Shown here: piece by piece, positions 41,504-45,390 of the stretch
How positions within the stretch are numbered: position 1 is the stretch's first letter
How the letters are laid out: each line of letters opens with the position of its first letter
Origin: Macrostomum lignano
Taxonomy: Eukaryota
DNA: 45,390 bases
Reading direction: 5' to 3'
NCBI GenBank assembly: GCA_002269645.1
Contig: NIVC01001906.1
Location: forward strand, 1-45,390
Program-made: the position numbers and the translations under genes
Notes under the pieces: model-generated
Seen by the model: only the letters and a program-made list of their open reading frames with translations
Database searches by the model: none
Told to the model about the DNA's origin: nothing

Positions 41504-44500
41504 ATGATGAATTCTACTCCAGCTAATAAGCTATTTGCTGGTATGAGATATTATGTCATTTCATGTTCAGACTCAGATAAGTTGGTAAGTTTTGCATTCC
41601 TGTTGTCTTTTTGTTGATTATTAGACTTTTAAATTTTTTTGGTCATGTACAAAATTCGTCAAATTGTTTTGTTGGCTTAAGTTGCTGTCTGTTTAAGTAA
41701 TTATTAGGCCTGATATAGCTTTAGACAAAAAAGATTTTAAAATTAAAGAAACTTATATTAAAAAAGTATAAAAAATGAGTTTCTTTTTCTTGACCCAGCC
41801 TAGTCCCATGTCAGGGTGAAATTTATCCCAAAACAAATAATGCATTCTATGTATGAGAAAAATAAAGAATTAAATGCTCTTGCCTATAAAAGTTTATTTT
41901 TTGGTCCTAAGGAAGCTTTGTAAATAAATATTAGTGCTAATATTATCCCATTGTTAAACATCTTTAAATAGCTACAATAGTCAATATGCACTTTTAGAAA
42001 AAAATCCACTGGCACTTTTCTGTGTACCTTTCTTGGTCAAAATTTTTTGTGTCTACTTGTTGTATGAAATATACCCTGTTTCTTGACAAATATTTATTAT
42101 TACTTATTAAAATTTATGTGATTTAAAATTAAATAGACATTAAATAATTCTGTTAGGCCCTAGTGTTAGCATTTAAGAAAATTAATCTACTTATCTAATT
42201 TTTAGCATATATTTATATCATAATTATTTTGCATCAAAACTTTATCATATTTATAAGTTATTAAAACCCATGAATTTTAAACCTGCTAAATTCCAATTCA
42301 TCTTTTCTCTTTTTTCTCCTTTCTTATCTTCCATTTTTTGCCTTTTTTATCTTTTTCATCTTATCTATTCTTCTCTCTTATCTTCTTGTCCCTCTTCTTT
42401 CTCTTTCTTTCTTCTCTTCTCTCTGGTCTCAGTTCTCTTATCTCTCATCTTATCATGCTTGGGTGCAACCTTGGGATTCACCTGGCCATTTCTATTGGCA
42501 ACATATACATGTAAGTCACTATTGGACAGAATAGTAGTCACGTGACTGCTCTTAGCCAATAGCAACTTACATGTCTGTGTTGCCAATAGAAATGGCTGGG
42601 TGATTCCCAAAGTTGCGCATGTATGCATCTTATCTTTTCTTTTTCCTTTCCTTTATTATTTTCTCTTAAATCTCTCAAGTCTTCTTTATTTTCTTTCCTT
42701 TCTTCTCTCTTCTCTCTCTTTTCTCTCTTTTCTCTTTCTCTTCTCTTTACTTTCTCCCATCCCTATTCTCCTTTTTCCTCTTCCTTTCTCCCTTTCCCCT
42801 TTCTCTCTCTTTGTCTCTCTTCTCTGCTCTCACAAATTTCTTTTCTACCCTCTCTCCTTTTGTCTTTATAATCTCTTTTCACTGTTCTTTTTACTCTTGC
42901 ATCTCTTGTTTTTATTTTTACTTGTCTATTAATTTACTTATATGTTGGTATTAACCTTTATTTTTCTAATACTTTTTAAATAAGCATCACTATTACATTT
43001 CTTGTCTATTTACTCCTGTCTTTGTTCTCTTCTTTTTCCTTTTTTCTTTTCTTTTCTCTTCTCTTCCTTCTCTATTGTTCTTTTTTAGCTCTTTAGCTCT
43101 TTCTCTATTCACTTTTCTTTTCTCTCTCTACTCTCCTCTCTTGTCTCCTTTATCTCTTATCTTTAATTTTTTTATTTAGTTTTATCTCTTTTCTATATAA
43201 CCTTATCTCTTCTCTCTTCTCTTTCTCTCTCATTTTCCCTTTCTCTTCTTTTCTCTTTCCTCTCTGATCTCCTATCTCATCACTCCTCTCTTAGTCCTAT
43301 CTTATCTTTCCTTTCTTCTTTCTGCTTACTTATCTCCATTTTCTAATCTCTACTTCTTCTTTTCTTATCTCTCCTCTCCTCTTCTTCTTATCTCTATTCT
43401 CTTTTCTCACTTCTCACACTCCTCTTTTCTCTTACCCCTTATTCTCTCCTTTCTCTTATTTTTCTTTCCCCCTTTTCCCACATACATGCACAACTTTGGG
43501 AATCACCTGGCCGTTTCTATTGGCAACACATACATGTAAGTCGCTATTGGCTGAGAGCAGTCACGTGACTACTATTCTGTCCAATAGCGACTTACATGTG
43601 TGTGTTGCCAATAGAAACGGCCGAGTGAATCCCAAGGTTGCGCCCAAGCATGTTTTCCCACCTCACTCTCTTTGTCGTCACCCCTTATCCCTTGTTTCTC
43701 TTTTTTATCTTCTATCTTTTCTCTTATCCTTTCTCTCGCCTCTCCTCTGAAGCTAGAGCTAAGCAAGATTTTTCTGGCATTTGATGTTAAAGTCTGCCAA
43801 TCACTGTTTCAAAAGCCAGTGTGTAGAACATAGTACTCTCATGATTGTTCTTATGCTTTGATCATGTAATCTTTCTAGCTAATTTGCAGCCCTGAGAAAA
43901 AGTTGCATATCTTCAGATCTATTGTAGTAGTCTACATCAGTCTAACAACCAAGACAATGCACATTTCTTAAGAGGCCATTTAAATTTTAGAGTATCTTTG
44001 GGTAAAACTTGATGTTGAAATTTCCATGGTGTCACTTGTATTGCATTGCTTTTTATATAAATCTTTCATTTTTACAAACTATGTTGGATTGCCTTGATTT
44101 GCCAATTGCTATTCACTGTTAAATTGCTGCAGTCTGCTAATATAGAAAGCAGTGGTTACAATAAAGCCTCAAAGCTTCCTAAAGCCTCAATCTGAGCACA
44201 ATATACTTATGATTACTAAAGCACTCCTAGCTTTCATAAAGATGTGCCATGTGTTATCCCATCCTAAATTTCATTCCTCATTCATAAGCCACAATCATAC
44301 AACCTCTAAAACTCTTTGATGGGAGAACCAATAGAGTATCCCAAGAATCTATCTCCATTTGTCTGGAGCTCACATTGCTGGAAACTTTCTTGGTGACAAA
44401 TGCATTAATAATGCGGCTGGCAAAACTGAGAGGGTAACCATTGGATCTGAAGATTTTAGTCAGGGCAGAAACCTCTTGGTGGAGTAAACTCCAAGAAAAT

Positions 44501-45390
44501 CTTTTATCTTTTTCTTGACGTTTATTTTCCTACTATTTTCAAAACTATCTTGTCTATATTATATTAACATGGATAATTAATATCTCCTTGAGTTATTGAG
44601 ATTGTTTAACTATATGCAATGAGTTAAAAAATGTTTTCAAGAAAATTATAGTTCTTTTTTGTACAAAAAAATAGAATTCTTTTATTTATAATGTGCTATA
44701 TTTGCTGTTTTCTTTACATTTTAATGTATGGCATTAAATTTGTGCAATCTGGGCTGTGTGTGGCACTAAATAATGCTTAAATCTTGGCTTTGTGTGGCAC
44801 TTAATGGGTGCTTAAATCTTGGCTTTGTGTGGCACTAAATAATGCTTAAATCTTGGGTTTGTGTGGCACTAAATAGGTGCTTAAATCTTGGCTTTGTGTG
44901 GCACTTAATGGTGTGTAAATCTCTACAATTCTCAAATCCCCGCTCTCCACTGTGAACACGCAGGCTCTGGAACTCCTCGATCGCAATGGGCCAGTAAGAC
45001 CAGCCTATTGACGTCTAGCTGTAGTGTAGCAATTAGCGACGATCCAGACGCCGACGAAGTGGCCGAAGCGGCCGATTTGCACAATGTCAAAGTCGTTACA
45101 CCGCAATGGGTGCTGCTATCGTGCAAGCTGCAGAATCAACAACAGATGGATTGGTTTCATCCAAGTATTAAGAAATTATTCCGCGGCGTTACAGCTTTCA
45201 TAGCTAAAGTTGGCCGACAGGACTGGTTCAATCTGTACGCTTTGTTGAGCTTCCGGGGCGCCGAAATGAAATGTCGATTAGATAATACTGTGACGCATTT
45301 TGTCACTACTCAGGCGGCGGCAGATTAATGGATCAATTGACTCAATTAAAGCTAGAGTACACGTTGTACTACCGGATTGGGTTACAGATT
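41504..45390 (+). CDS. PAXIP1: PAX-interacting protein 1 (PTIP) N-terminal tandem BRCT domains; partial, with frameshifts
   Basis: Exon 1 41504-41584 (MMNSTPANKLFAGMRYYVISCSDSDKL|GTAAGT); exon 2 from 44964 (ALELLDRNG..AISDDPDADEVAEA..VVTPQWVLLS..LFRGVTA..LYALLSFRG..VTHFV..HVVLPDWVTD) follows PTIP BRCT1-2 as I recall them. Three single-base deletions are needed to keep the frame. Runs off the window end. Confidence 0.8.
42454..42625. mobile_element. Palindromic hAT-type MITE, 172 bp
   Basis: Exact 8-bp TSD CATCTTAT (42446-42453, 42626-42633); right end GTTGCGCATGTATG identical to the TIR at 6674-6687; self-complementary around GTCACGTGAC (42537-42546). Confidence 0.88.
43481..43652. mobile_element. 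Palindromic hAT-type MITE, 172 bp, inverted relative to 42454-42625
   Basis: Exact 8-bp TSD TTTTCCCA (43473-43480, 43653-43660); left end CATACATGCACAAC; centre GTCACGTGAC (43560-43569). Confidence 0.88.
44750..44915. repeat. 34-bp minisatellite (GGCTTTGTGTGGCACTAAATAATGCTTAAATCTT) near the end of PAXIP1 intron 1
   Basis: About 5 copies visible. Confidence 0.9.

Larger units (their letters stand above)
42290..43750. repeat. CT-rich low-complexity tract in PAXIP1 intron 1
   Basis: Polypyrimidine on the + strand throughout. Confidence 0.9.

Noticed and set aside
42270-43766. F/L/S-rich ORFs resembling membrane proteins
   Set aside because: Translations of the CT-rich tract and MITEs inside PAXIP1 intron 1.

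Overview
Eukaryotic (animal) genomic DNA: GC-rich spliced genes with GT-AG introns, separated by AT-rich, repeat-laden DNA. The style (poly-CAG coding tracts, a different minisatellite in nearly every long intron) suggests a free-living flatworm such as Macrostomum; that is inference only. Eight genes can be assembled by hand. On + : an OCIA-domain gene with frameshifts, a GT31/brainiac-like glycosyltransferase, a secreted WIF-domain gene, and the 5' part of PAXIP1/PTIP with frameshifts. On - : a glutathione S-transferase, UBE2U, a hemerythrin-like (HHE) protein and RUVBL2. Six of these join into open frames with matching intron phases. Mobile DNA includes a solo LTR, a Mutator-like foldback element, four TSD-flanked hAT-type MITEs, a Harbinger-like derivative and two tRNA-derived SINEs. 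There are about 20 tandem arrays. Top leads: (1) a hAT-type MITE family whose three copies all sit in CT-rich tracts with exact 8-bp TSDs; (2) a WIF-domain protein with neither EGF repeats nor a kinase domain; (3) a stand-alone hemerythrin-like protein with a probable N-myristoylation signal created by an ATG-only first exon; (4) minisatellites pressed against splice sites across the window. All protein family calls rest on motif recognition from memory, not on database searches.
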